Virus record (IMG/VR): IMGVR_UViG_3300050016_000032
Location: 1 to 44,493 of that record
Direction: 5' to 3' (one strand)
Length of the DNA: 44,493 nt
Origin: a virus
In this document: in pieces, positions 26,521 through 34,575 of the stretch
Layout of the letters: every line of letters starts with the position of its first letter
How positions within the stretch are numbered: position 1 is the stretch's first letter
Position numbers and translations under genes: made by a program
The notes under the pieces: generated by a model
What the model saw: only the letters and a program-made list of their open reading frames with translations
What the model was told of the DNA's origin: nothing
Databases searched by the model: none

Positions 26521-26724
26521 TCAGACCCTTCCGAGTTCGGAGGTGCAGATGACTTCTTTGGTGAAGAACTTGAACTCGCACCGTGCGCACCAGCGATACC
26601 GGCGTATCGTCCCTTTGTGCGCCCGGCTCTCCAACACACGAAGAGAAGTCATTTCACACACCGGACAGGCCAGAGATTTGCCGTTGCCCCTCCAGTTAAC
26701 GCCGCTCTCATTTGACCTCGCCAT
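26521..26724 (-). CDS. NrdR-like zinc-ribbon protein lacking the ATP-cone
   Basis: CPVCEMTSLRVLESRAHKGTIRRYRWCARCEFKFFTKEV aligns with E. coli NrdR [41 protein letters not shown]. The protein ends about 10 aa after the ribbon. SD GGGAGA. Confidence 0.7.
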   Translation of the reverse strand: MARSNESGVNWRGNGKSLACPVCEMTSLRVLESRAHKGTIRRYRWCARCEFKFFTKEVICTSELGRV

Positions 26725-27955
26725 TCCGTGTCTCCCACTCTACCCACTTGGCCGTGTCAGATGATTTCAGTTTGGGCTCCAGGTACACCGCCCACTGCGC
26801 CGTGATGCCGTACTTGGCATTGACGAAGAACAGGGCTTGGCAGGGGCGGGAGTACGGCACCCGCAGCATCAGGCGGGCGTACTCGTCGTATCCTTTGAGA
26901 GCTCCGTTGACGATTACTGGAACTGCGTCTCCCCTGGGAATGTAAGTGTGGTAGTGCCCCATGAGTAGCGTGTCGAAATCTCGACCGATTTGAGCCTCTG
27001 ATCTTCCAACCTTGGTGACACCGCGAGCGATAGGACCGATTGCTCCAATGATGCCATCGCCTCCCTTAACTCCGAGAGTGTCGCCGTGTGTGAGAAGGAA
27101 ACGGTGGCCGAGAACTGAGAAATAGGCGTCGGTTTCTCCGGGGATTGAGAATTGGACACGGGTATCTCCTTTTGCTTTGAACCAGCGTTCGAGCTGGCAG
27201 TAGATGTTCCACTCATAACTCTCGTAGACCCGGTTCTTGGCCCGGGGCTTGAGCGTGTTGCGACCGTGGTTGCCGACCACACAGGGTACGAAGACCTTGC
27301 CGAACTGATCCGCCATGCGGGTTAGCGCGGCGATCAGTTGCTCCTGCACCTCTAGGATGGATTGCTGTACGGGTCCGTCGTTAGTCTCACGAAGTTCATC
27401 GTGGATAGTCCCTGAGATAAAATCACCGCCAAGACAAACAACAATGCCAGGATAGTTAGGCCGTACCATGTGATGTACCGCCAGTTCGATCGTGCCATCG
27501 ACAAGCCGCTGGAGCCTGGCCTTGGCGATCTTGCGGTTGAACTCATTGACCCCTCCGACTTCTTCCTTGTTGACGACCTCGCCCCAGTGGAAGTCGGACC
27601 AGATGGCGACCGGCACGCCGGCGTGGCCGACGTTTGGTTTCTTCGTCAGCCATGCGGGCGGGTCAGGTGTGTAGGCCGACAGGTTGTAAATCTTCTCACG
27701 GACATCGGCAGCGGAATTGTTGTCTCGGCTGATTTTTACTAACTCGGCCTGCAAAATCTTAACTTTGGTCTTCAGCTTGGAGAACTCGTCGTCAACCTTG
27801 GTGTCCGCCGTCAGGCCACGGGTCTTGGCCTCAAGGATGGATGTGCGGAAGGCGCTGGTCTTCATCTGCATCATCTTCGCGGCTTCACTGGGGCCGCAGT
27901 CGCGATGAAGTTTCAGGCGTTCGACAAGTTCGGCATCGCTGAGACGGTCTGTCAT
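26708..27955 (-). CDS. Calcineurin-like metallophosphoesterase (SbcD/Mre11-like) with N-terminal helical/HTH-like extension
   Basis: Motifs IWSDFHWG, LGGDFISG, VVGNHG, LLTHGD, LMGHYH. Confidence 0.75.
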   Translation of the reverse strand: MTDRLSDAELVERLKLHRDCGPSEAAKMMQMKTSAFRTSILEAKTRGLTADTKVDDEFSKLKTKVKILQAELVKISRDNNSAADVREKIYNLSAYTPDPPAWLTKKPNVGHAGVPVAIWSDFHWGEVVNKEEVGGVNEFNRKIAKARLQRLVDGTIELAVHHMVRPNYPGIVVCLGGDFISGTIHDELRETNDGPVQQSILEVQEQLIAALTRMADQFGKVFVPCVVGNHGRNTLKPRAKNRVYESYEWNIYCQLERWFKAKGDTRVQFSIPGETDAYFSVLGHRFLLTHGDTLGVKGGDGIIGAIGPIARGVTKVGRSEAQIGRDFDTLLMGHYHTYIPRGDAVPVIVNGALKGYDEYARLMLRVPYSRPCQALFFVNAKYGITAQWAVYLEPKLKSSDTAKWVEWETRNGEVK

Positions 27956-28191
27956 TTAGGCCCACGATCAGTGTCAAGGATAAACCGGATTGCCATTGCC
28001 GCAACCTGAATGGCTTCCTTGCGGGCCTTCGCCGGGTCGCCATGAAAGACCTCGTATTTGAGTTCGTCCACTTCCTCCAGCAGTACCGCGTAGCCTTCGT
28101 GCGCAGAGTGGAAAGGCGGGAAGGCGAGAACAGCCTGAGTGAGTTCCGCTTCCACCTCGGCCAGAACACCCGTGTCGATAACCGTCTGCAT
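27952..28191 (-). CDS. MazG-like all-alpha NTP pyrophosphohydrolase (79 aa)
   Basis: ORF 27952..28494 trimmed to the ATG at 28191, because the upstream part overlaps the resolvase gene. Motif FHSAHEGYAVLLEEVDELKYEV. Confidence 0.65.
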   Translation of the reverse strand: MQTVIDTGVLAEVEAELTQAVLAFPPFHSAHEGYAVLLEEVDELKYEVFHGDPAKARKEAIQVAAMAIRFILDTDRGPK

Positions 28192-28195
28192 GGCT

Positions 28196-28528
28196 TCACA
28201 TCCCGATTGTGGCAAGAAGTCCGAGGAAATCAGATAGAGATAAGATGGTGACCCATTCACGCTTGCTTCTGCGATGGACCACAACAGGGATCCGTCCTTC
28301 TTTCGCGTCACGTTTAGATTGAGCGAGCCAATCGTAGAGGTTACCGTGCTCGGTCCTCTTGCACTCGATGTGAAATCCATCAAGTCCTGTAACGTCTGGG
28401 CTATCTCCGCCACCTCGAAACTGTTGACCCCGAGCTGCTCGAACATAGCCCGCTTCACGGAGTAACTTAGCGAGTTCACGTTCACCCTGGGCACCCTTCT
28501 GACGACTGTTGATCCGCTTTTCAGACAA
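28196..28528 (-). CDS. Hjc-like PD-(D/E)xK Holliday junction resolvase
   Basis: KGAQGERELAKLLREAGY ... SPDVTG ... FHIECKRTE (the GxxxER, D, ExK pattern). TTG start. Confidence 0.65.
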   Translation of the reverse strand: MSEKRINSRQKGAQGERELAKLLREAGYVRAARGQQFRGGGDSPDVTGLDGFHIECKRTEHGNLYDWLAQSKRDAKEGRIPVVVHRRSKREWVTILSLSDFLGLLATIGM

Positions 28529-28826
28529 GCAGTTTTCTCGTTTGCTGCTTGCCGGCGAGGTAGCCCTGGCAGAAAATCTGACAGGCGAACTCGGCCTCCT
28601 GCGGGTTCATTATCCGATCGGATACCGGGATCGCGCGCTCAGGCTTGATCCACTTCGGCACCCAGTAAAGCATGAACCGTTTGGGGTGCCACTCCACCCT
28701 GATCTCAGGGATGGAGGCTGTCTCCATAAGGTAGCCCTTTTCGTTGGGCTGGACCGGCTGCTCGAATTGGACCTGCGGGGCTTTCAATTTGAAGTCCGTC
28801 ACTTGCGGTATCTCCCTCCCGACCAA
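28521..28826 (-). CDS. Hypothetical protein (start uncertain: 28826, GTG 28802 or ATG 28727)
   Basis: ORF fills the gap between the polymerase and the resolvase. GTG at 28802 overlaps the polymerase TGA. Confidence 0.45.
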   Translation of the reverse strand: MVGREIPQVTDFKLKAPQVQFEQPVQPNEKGYLMETASIPEIRVEWHPKRFMLYWVPKWIKPERAIPVSDRIMNPQEAEFACQIFCQGYLAGKQQTRKLLV

Positions 28827-30787
28827 GTTTCAACAGCGACAGGCACCTGCAACTCACGCGCCCATGAAGGCAGGTCAGTCATTACCTGAGCAAAGGCTTG
28901 TTCGTCAACATCTTTTTCCATTGGCTCGGCCAGGGCTTCGTCATGGACGGTTAACACGATAGGGAAGTTTTCCTTCTCCAGTTTGAACATCGCCGTCACC
29001 AGCAAGTCGCGCGCCAAACCCTGCACCACGTTCTCCGTGAGCAGACCACCGAAGGCGTCGATCGTCTTGACCTGGCCCATCTTCAGCGCGCGGTACGTCC
29101 ACGCTGGCCGAACATCGGTATCGTCCCACGGCATCGCCTTGCGCACCGGCTGGGGATCCCAATACCAAATCTTGCGGCCGTTCATCAGGCGGGCGGTGAG
29201 CCAGCCATCCTCCAGCGCGTAGAGCACACCATAGGCTTCGTGCGGGGTCTTGTCCCACACCGTCCGCACCGCAGCTTCCTCCAGCCCTTCCCACACGTCG
29301 GGCACGCCCGGCGCCCACACCTCGCGATAGAGTTTGACGATGCGTTGGGCGAACTCGTCGGGTTTGTCCTTGGCATAGCGGGCCTTGAACTTCCGCCAGC
29401 CCATCTGGAAGCCGAGCCCGAGAACCGTGTTCTTTCCGGTCTGGTATTCCTCCGGGTCTTTCTTCTTGTCGAGCGGTCGGCTGTAGATCAGCCCGCCCAT
29501 GTCGAGGTAGAGCGAGCCGCCTTCGCGCATAATGTCCAGCTTGCCCTGCTCACCCGCCAAGGCCAGGACGATACGCGCCTCGATCTGCGCGAAGTCCCCC
29601 GACAGGTACTTGCGCCCGGGGTCGGGGATCAGCGCGTGGCGCAACCCGGATACCACCGTCTCGACCGGGGGGCCGATCACTGCTGCGACGTACTCGGGGT
29701 CGCGCGACATGATTGCGTCCACCACCATTTCAGGCGGTGGTGCCTTGTCGTCTATCTCAAGGGTCCCACGAGGAAAATTTTGAGGTTGCAATAGGCGACC
29801 TGCCCACCGACCTGGACCAGCTCCGTGATATTGCAGAAGTCTACGGACCCGTCCATCGGCGCCGACACACTGTTCCATACGCGAGAGTTTTTTAATACTC
29901 GCGCTTCCAATGAGGCGCCGGATTGATAAAGCTCGATGGACACTATCGGGGATGTCTTGGCCGGTTTCTCCGTAGTCGTATTGGTCTTCTTCATCGTCAT
30001 CTCCTAAAAGAACCGCGAGGGTTTCTTTGGTGAGGTTTGGTATCACGACCCCCTGGCCGCGCACCCAGTCAGCGATCTTCACCGCCTGCGATACCTTCAA
30101 CCCGGTCAGGCTGGTGAACTCCGCGGCCAGGGGCTTGCTCGCCTTGTCCACAATCTCACGACAGGCGGATACATAGTCGAGGTCGATCCTGACGCCGCGC
30201 TCGTTGATGCGTTGGTCGAGCAGCCAAACCTTGCGCTCGCCTTCGGTGAGGTGGCCGATGCGGTTGAGCATGGAACGCTGGGTGCGCACGTCCGTTTCGC
30301 AATAGCGATAGACGCGCTCCATGATCTCGGGCGTGCGCTCGGGGAGCATTCCAGTCTTCTTGTTGAAGCGGGATAGGCCAACGGTGAGACGACTTCCCTC
30401 CATGTCCTTCTCGATGTTCAAACCGAGGACACGAGCGCCGACTTCAAGCTGCTGCGGGATTTGCTTCATCGCGCAACACGCAAGAGTGCATTCGAAACGA
30501 GAATTTGGAACATCAGGGAAGCTAAACTGCGGTACCATAACGTACCGCCATATGTCTTTTTCAAAGCCAGCATTGTGGGCCACGAACATGACATCGGGAT
30601 CAATGACCAATGCTGTAAGGGCATTAGTGTAAGCGGCATCCCCGGGAACCCACGTACCGATGCCGCCTGAATGTTCAAACGACAGGCACAGGACTTCCGT
30701 AGTCGGGTGTTGCGCGTAGGCCGACGAGCCCGCGATCTTCAGATCACACCCGCTGGCCGTTTCGAAATCTAGGACCACCTCTCTCAC
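28799..30787 (-). CDS. Family A DNA polymerase with 3'-5' proofreading exonuclease
   Basis: Exo I LDFETAS, Exo II FVAHNAGFEKDIW, Exo III YCETDVRT. Motif A SGDFAQIEARI, motif B GKNTVLGLGFQMG, motif C LTVHDEALAE. Confidence 0.92.
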   Translation of the reverse strand: MREVVLDFETASGCDLKIAGSSAYAQHPTTEVLCLSFEHSGGIGTWVPGDAAYTNALTALVIDPDVMFVAHNAGFEKDIWRYVMVPQFSFPDVPNSRFECTLACCAMKQIPQQLEVGARVLGLNIEKDMEGSRLTVGLSRFNKKTGMLPERTPEIMERVYRYCETDVRTQRSMLNRIGHLTEGERKVWLLDQRINERGVRIDLDYVSACREIVDKASKPLAAEFTSLTGLKVSQAVKIADWVRGQGVVIPNLTKETLAVLLGDDDEEDQYDYGETGQDIPDSVHRALSIRRLIGSASIKKLSRMEQCVGADGRVRRLLQYHGAGPGRWAGRLLQPQNFPRGTLEIDDKAPPPEMVVDAIMSRDPEYVAAVIGPPVETVVSGLRHALIPDPGRKYLSGDFAQIEARIVLALAGEQGKLDIMREGGSLYLDMGGLIYSRPLDKKKDPEEYQTGKNTVLGLGFQMGWRKFKARYAKDKPDEFAQRIVKLYREVWAPGVPDVWEGLEEAAVRTVWDKTPHEAYGVLYALEDGWLTARLMNGRKIWYWDPQPVRKAMPWDDTDVRPAWTYRALKMGQVKTIDAFGGLLTENVVQGLARDLLVTAMFKLEKENFPIVLTVHDEALAEPMEKDVDEQAFAQVMTDLPSWARELQVPVAVETWSGGRYRK

Positions 30788-30969
30788 GGGATCATCCCGA
30801 GAGGTTTTATAGAGCGAGGTTGATCAATCCCACGAACGACATACGCCGCATTAATGACGCCGTACAGTTCACGCGGCACGAACAGGGGACGCTCGGCGTA
30901 AGCCTCCCACATGCGCAGAAACTCGACGACGTTCACAAAGTCATGGTCGGACAAGATGACAGGCGGCAT
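30784..30969 (-). CDS. Hypothetical protein (61 aa)
   Basis: ORF trimmed to the ATG at 30969 with SD GGAGGAAG. The stop overlaps the polymerase start. Confidence 0.5.
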   Translation of the reverse strand: MPPVILSDHDFVNVVEFLRMWEAYAERPLFVPRELYGVINAAYVVRGIDQPRSIKPLGMIP

Positions 30970-30989
30970 GGTCTTCCTCCAGAAATGTG

Positions 30990-31024
30990 GGCCGGGGGCG
31001 CCCTGGAGAAACGCCCCCGGCCCG
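30990..31024 (-). terminator. GC-rich hairpin, probable (leaky) intrinsic terminator after the SSB gene
   Basis: Perfect 12-bp stem gggccgggggcg / cgcccccggccc with an 11-nt loop. On the minus strand it is followed by acatttct. Confidence 0.55.
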
Positions 31025-31066
31025 GCCCGCATTGCTCGCATCTTTTCAGCGAGGCTTACGCGCGGG

Positions 31067-31747
31067 TTACCAATTGCCGTCCGTATCTTCCGACAGGTCG
31101 GCACCGCCAGTGGGGTCTTCGTCCTTGTGCGTTCCGATGTAACCCCGGAAACGCTCGGCCGCAGGAGCACCACCGCCAGCGATACGCTTGCCCTTGCCGG
31201 TGGCGAGGATGGCATTGACATACGCGGTCACACCATCCGGTCCATTGCCACCTTCGTAGGCGACGAAGTTGAACTCGGGCACCACCTCGGCGCCGAAGAA
31301 AAACTTCGCCTTGTACTTGGCGAACATCGTGTCGTCCTCAAGGTCGATCACCCGACCGTTCTCAAGGATGGACAAGGCCGGCCGGTACTTCGACGCGGCA
31401 TTGATGACGATGCAGCCACGCTGCCAGTCGCCATCGTCCTTGCCCGACTTTGCCTTACGCGCTTCGGCCAGGTCGTCACCCTTCGCGAAGGGCAACTTGA
31501 ACGTCCCGGCTGCATACTCGGCCTTCAGGTCGCGGGTCGGCCACTTGGCCTTGGCGACGGTGATGGCGAGCGCCCGCATGGACTTGAGTTCTTCGCTGTC
31601 CTTCGGGATGACGAATGCGGCCTTGTACTTGGGCTCACCCGAGGTCTTGCCGTTGCGCTTGAACTGCACCGGATCGACGAGATGCGGGTGGGCGAGAATA
31701 ACGGGCGTGGTCAGTGCGTAGCGTCCGTCTGCTGCTTGGTCACTCAT
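31067..31747 (-). CDS. ssDNA-binding protein, DUF2815 / T7 gp2.5-like
   Basis: 226 aa. SD GAAGGAAA. The acidic C-terminal tail ends in an aromatic residue (DLSEDTDGNW). Genomic pairing with a DUF2800 nuclease and PolA. Confidence 0.75.
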   Translation of the reverse strand: MSDQAADGRYALTTPVILAHPHLVDPVQFKRNGKTSGEPKYKAAFVIPKDSEELKSMRALAITVAKAKWPTRDLKAEYAAGTFKLPFAKGDDLAEARKAKSGKDDGDWQRGCIVINAASKYRPALSILENGRVIDLEDDTMFAKYKAKFFFGAEVVPEFNFVAYEGGNGPDGVTAYVNAILATGKGKRIAGGGAPAAERFRGYIGTHKDEDPTGGADLSEDTDGNW

Positions 31748-31845
31748 GTTTCATTTCCTTCTCATGGTTGCTCAGTTGGTGCTGTCGGGCCGGGAGGCGG
31801 CGCCATCCCGTCAGCAATAGCTACGATACACGACCGCCCTCTCGA

Positions 31846-32235
31846 TTAGATTTCGTTTCGCTTGGAGTCGAAGTCGAACTTGCCGACATGACCGTTTTGC
31901 GGGATGGGCTTCGGGTCTTGCGCGTCGTGGAAAAGTTTCGCGAGCTGTTCCGGCGTACCCGACACGGCTCCGGTTTCGCAGCCAGCGACATCGAAGAACC
32001 CGAACACGACGTTGGGCTGATCGGCCTTCTCGGCATACGCAACCTGCGTAGTTCCGGCCGGGGGCTGAAGCACCTTCACAACCTTCTGCGCGTCAGCGTC
32101 AGGGAGAAGTTCGAAGGTCCATCCAGCCGCGGTAAAGTCGGTCTGCTCGTTGGTGAGCGTACGGCCCGTGCAATCCGCCATCGCGGGGAGGACCAATGCC
32201 CCCAAGAAAGCCAGTCCGATAATCGCCGTTTTCAT
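31846..32235 (-). CDS. Secreted protein with cleavable signal peptide, function unknown
   Basis: MKTAIIGLAFLGALVLPAMA|DC. ATGA-coupled to the nuclease gene upstream. Confidence 0.65.
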   Translation of the reverse strand: MKTAIIGLAFLGALVLPAMADCTGRTLTNEQTDFTAAGWTFELLPDADAQKVVKVLQPPAGTTQVAYAEKADQPNVVFGFFDVAGCETGAVSGTPEQLAKLFHDAQDPKPIPQNGHVGKFDFDSKRNEI

Positions 32236-33416
32236 GCCCCGCCCTCCTGAATTGCGGCGATCGCACCTGCGAACCGCTCGCTGGAAGTCTTTACCTTTAC
32301 ACCCACCCGGCTATCGCTGGCAAGGGCTACGGTCAGGCCAGTCTCAGGGGTGTAGGCCCACTCGTGGACGAGGGTCTTGGCGTCTGCACCCAGCTTCTCT
32401 ATCTCGGCCGGCGACTTCATCTCAGGCGCCGTCATGGCTTGCGCCCCGACCTTTCCGGCGATCACCTCTGCGGCACCCGGCTTCCAGACCCGGTTGGCCT
32501 TCTTGTAGACCAGCTTCACCAGGTCGAGACAGTCGTCCATCTGGCCGAGGTTGAGACGGCGATACGTCTCATCCTCCAACGCCTTGGTGTAGAACTTCAC
32601 CGCGGCAAGTTGCTGGTAACTGAGGGCGAGGGTCTTGTTGTCGGATGCAACCACCCGCGCGGGGTCATAGGTGGCTGCGGCTTTGAACAGCCCTTCAACC
32701 AAAGGGCAAACAAGTTTGGCAGGGCAGAAGCGGCACCATGATCCAGCATCAAGGTGCTCGTCAAACTCAGTCTGGACCATTGTTGGAGCAAGCGTTCCAG
32801 TAGCCCATGCTCTAATGGTGTCAGCGTCGGTAACCCATTGCCGGATTGGTCCGTCATGGTGAAAGCCTCTTGGTTGGATGATGCGCAGGCGCACCGCACC
32901 ATTGATCTCGGGATGGTTGGCGAGGATGCCGAAAGCGTAGTACATGAGCTGCGGGTTGTTCTTGATCTCGACCGTGATGCCCTCGCCGTGTTTGTAGTCG
33001 TTCACGTCGAGGCAAATGAGTTCGTCCACCGGACGGATGACCCCGCAATCGACGGTGCCGTAGAAATCCGGGTGGATGTCGGACGAGATACCTTCCTCGA
33101 TCAGCACGGCCAAGGCGTTGACGAACGATGGCCGCACCGTGTCGAGATAGACCTGGATGGCGTCGGCGATCTCAACATCGACCTCAACGCCGTTGGTGGT
33201 CTTGAACCCAATCACCTCCCACGCATCCAGACCCTCGCGCAGACACTTGGCGATCGCCTCGTGCGCAGCAGTACCGTTGGCGCGGTAGTCGGGCTCGTCA
33301 GTGTCTTCGGGGATTTCGAGGCGCTTGATGAGCGCCACCGAACCCGGGCAGTTCATCCAACGCTCCGCGCTACTCGCCCCAAGAGGTGAGTGTGCTGGTC
33401 TGTTTTCGTCGGTCAT
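32232..33416 (-). CDS. DUF2800-family PD-(D/E)xK (Cas4-like) exonuclease
   Basis: N-terminal hallmark SPLGASSAERWMNCPGS. Core DVNDYKHGEG. C-terminal Cys cluster CRFCPAKLVCP. Confidence 0.8.
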   Translation of the reverse strand: MTDENRPAHSPLGASSAERWMNCPGSVALIKRLEIPEDTDEPDYRANGTAAHEAIAKCLREGLDAWEVIGFKTTNGVEVDVEIADAIQVYLDTVRPSFVNALAVLIEEGISSDIHPDFYGTVDCGVIRPVDELICLDVNDYKHGEGITVEIKNNPQLMYYAFGILANHPEINGAVRLRIIQPRGFHHDGPIRQWVTDADTIRAWATGTLAPTMVQTEFDEHLDAGSWCRFCPAKLVCPLVEGLFKAAATYDPARVVASDNKTLALSYQQLAAVKFYTKALEDETYRRLNLGQMDDCLDLVKLVYKKANRVWKPGAAEVIAGKVGAQAMTAPEMKSPAEIEKLGADAKTLVHEWAYTPETGLTVALASDSRVGVKVKTSSERFAGAIAAIQEGGA

Positions 33417-33439
33417 GTTTCTCTCCAGAAGAAACGGGG

Positions 33440-34096
33440 TTAAGCAAGCGCGGCCAAATCCTCAATGAACTTTGCACGTGCCTCGGCCGGGATGTCCCGG
33501 GCTTGCTTGGGCGGTGTCACGTACTTGCCAATCAACTGTCGGATTTTCGGCGCCGCAGCGTCACCGTGAACCTTCCGCAGCTCGCCGTTCTTATGGTTGA
33601 TCTTGCTGGTGAGTTCGAGGTCGGTGACCGCAGCGACTTCCGCACCCCACTCGTCCCCGGCCGGGTCTTTGCGTTCCTCGCCCGTGCTGATCTGTGGCTT
33701 GTCCACCTTCAGGTCAGCCGGGATGTCCGGGAAATCGGTGTCGTCAACCTTGGCCTCTGCCACCGGCGGTGCAACCTTGGGCGGGCGACCGGGCTTTTTC
33801 TTGTCGCCCTCCAGCTTGCCAGCGTTGGCTTCCTTGATGCCAGCGGCGTCGTGTGTGTCCTTCGTCGGTAATGCCTCACCCGACACGGATGCTGGAACCG
33901 CTACAGGCTTCAGCCCGAGCGCAGTGAAAACTTTGTTTTGCGCCAACAGGAATGCGGCATCTAACACCGTCGAAGCGTCTTCGCCATCAACCGCGCTGAC
34001 ATTGAATGTGATCGTTGCTTTCCGGTTTTCGTACTCAGCCAGCTTGCGCGACTGCTCGAAACCTACGGAACCGCCAGTGATCGTAGCCATGTTCAT
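33440..34096 (-). CDS. Hypothetical protein with a central Lys/Pro-rich disordered linker
   Basis: 218 aa ORF, SD GGAGAA. No family recognised. Confidence 0.55.
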   Translation of the reverse strand: MNMATITGGSVGFEQSRKLAEYENRKATITFNVSAVDGEDASTVLDAAFLLAQNKVFTALGLKPVAVPASVSGEALPTKDTHDAAGIKEANAGKLEGDKKKPGRPPKVAPPVAEAKVDDTDFPDIPADLKVDKPQISTGEERKDPAGDEWGAEVAAVTDLELTSKINHKNGELRKVHGDAAAPKIRQLIGKYVTPPKQARDIPAEARAKFIEDLAALA

Positions 34097-34227
34097 TTCT
34101 CCAGTTGTGGACCGCGGTTACGGTGTACCAGGTGAGCCGCGCGTCTCTCCAGTTTCAGGCCGTTCCCCGGATATGGAGTTTGCGGCTCCGTCTCCAGGCG
34201 GCTAGTCCGGCCAACCCGGCCAGCCCA

Positions 34228-34575
34228 CTAGCTATCTCTACGCTTGCTCCCGACAACTGTCAACTGCACCCGAGCGGTGCCGCCCATGCCGAGCGCACGG
34301 TGTGCATCCCGGGACAAGTCGATGACGCGGCCACGGACATAGGGACCGCGGTCGGTTATGGTGACCTCGATCGCGTGCCGACCCCAGGTAACCTTAACAC
34401 GGGATCCACACGGCAAAGACTTGTGCGCCGCTGTCAGTCCGCGTCCGGTGTAAGTCTGCCCGCACGCCGTTCGATGGCCGTAGAACCCGGGCCCGTACCA
34501 CGACGCCAAGCCGGTTTCAGCGTTTGCTGAAGTGGCGAGAAAGAGTGAAAGTGCCGCTGCCATGATCCGCATCAT
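34228..34575 (-). CDS. Secreted RlpA-like double-psi beta-barrel (DPBB) protein
   Basis: Signal peptide MMRIMAAALSLFLATSANA. The DPBB core is GLASWYGPGFYGHRTACGQTY...LTAAHKSLPCGSRVKV...ITDRGPYVRGRVIDLS. ATGA-coupled to the SNF2 gene. Confidence 0.85.
   Translation of the reverse strand: MMRIMAAALSLFLATSANAETGLASWYGPGFYGHRTACGQTYTGRGLTAAHKSLPCGSRVKVTWGRHAIEVTITDRGPYVRGRVIDLSRDAHRALGMGGTARVQLTVVGSKRRDS

Noticed and set aside
27952-28494. Full-length 180-aa version of the MazG-like ORF
   Set aside because: Its N-terminal 100 codons overlap the Hjc-like resolvase gene, which has recognisable nuclease motifs, in another frame. The MazG-like domain begins at the internal ATG at 28191.
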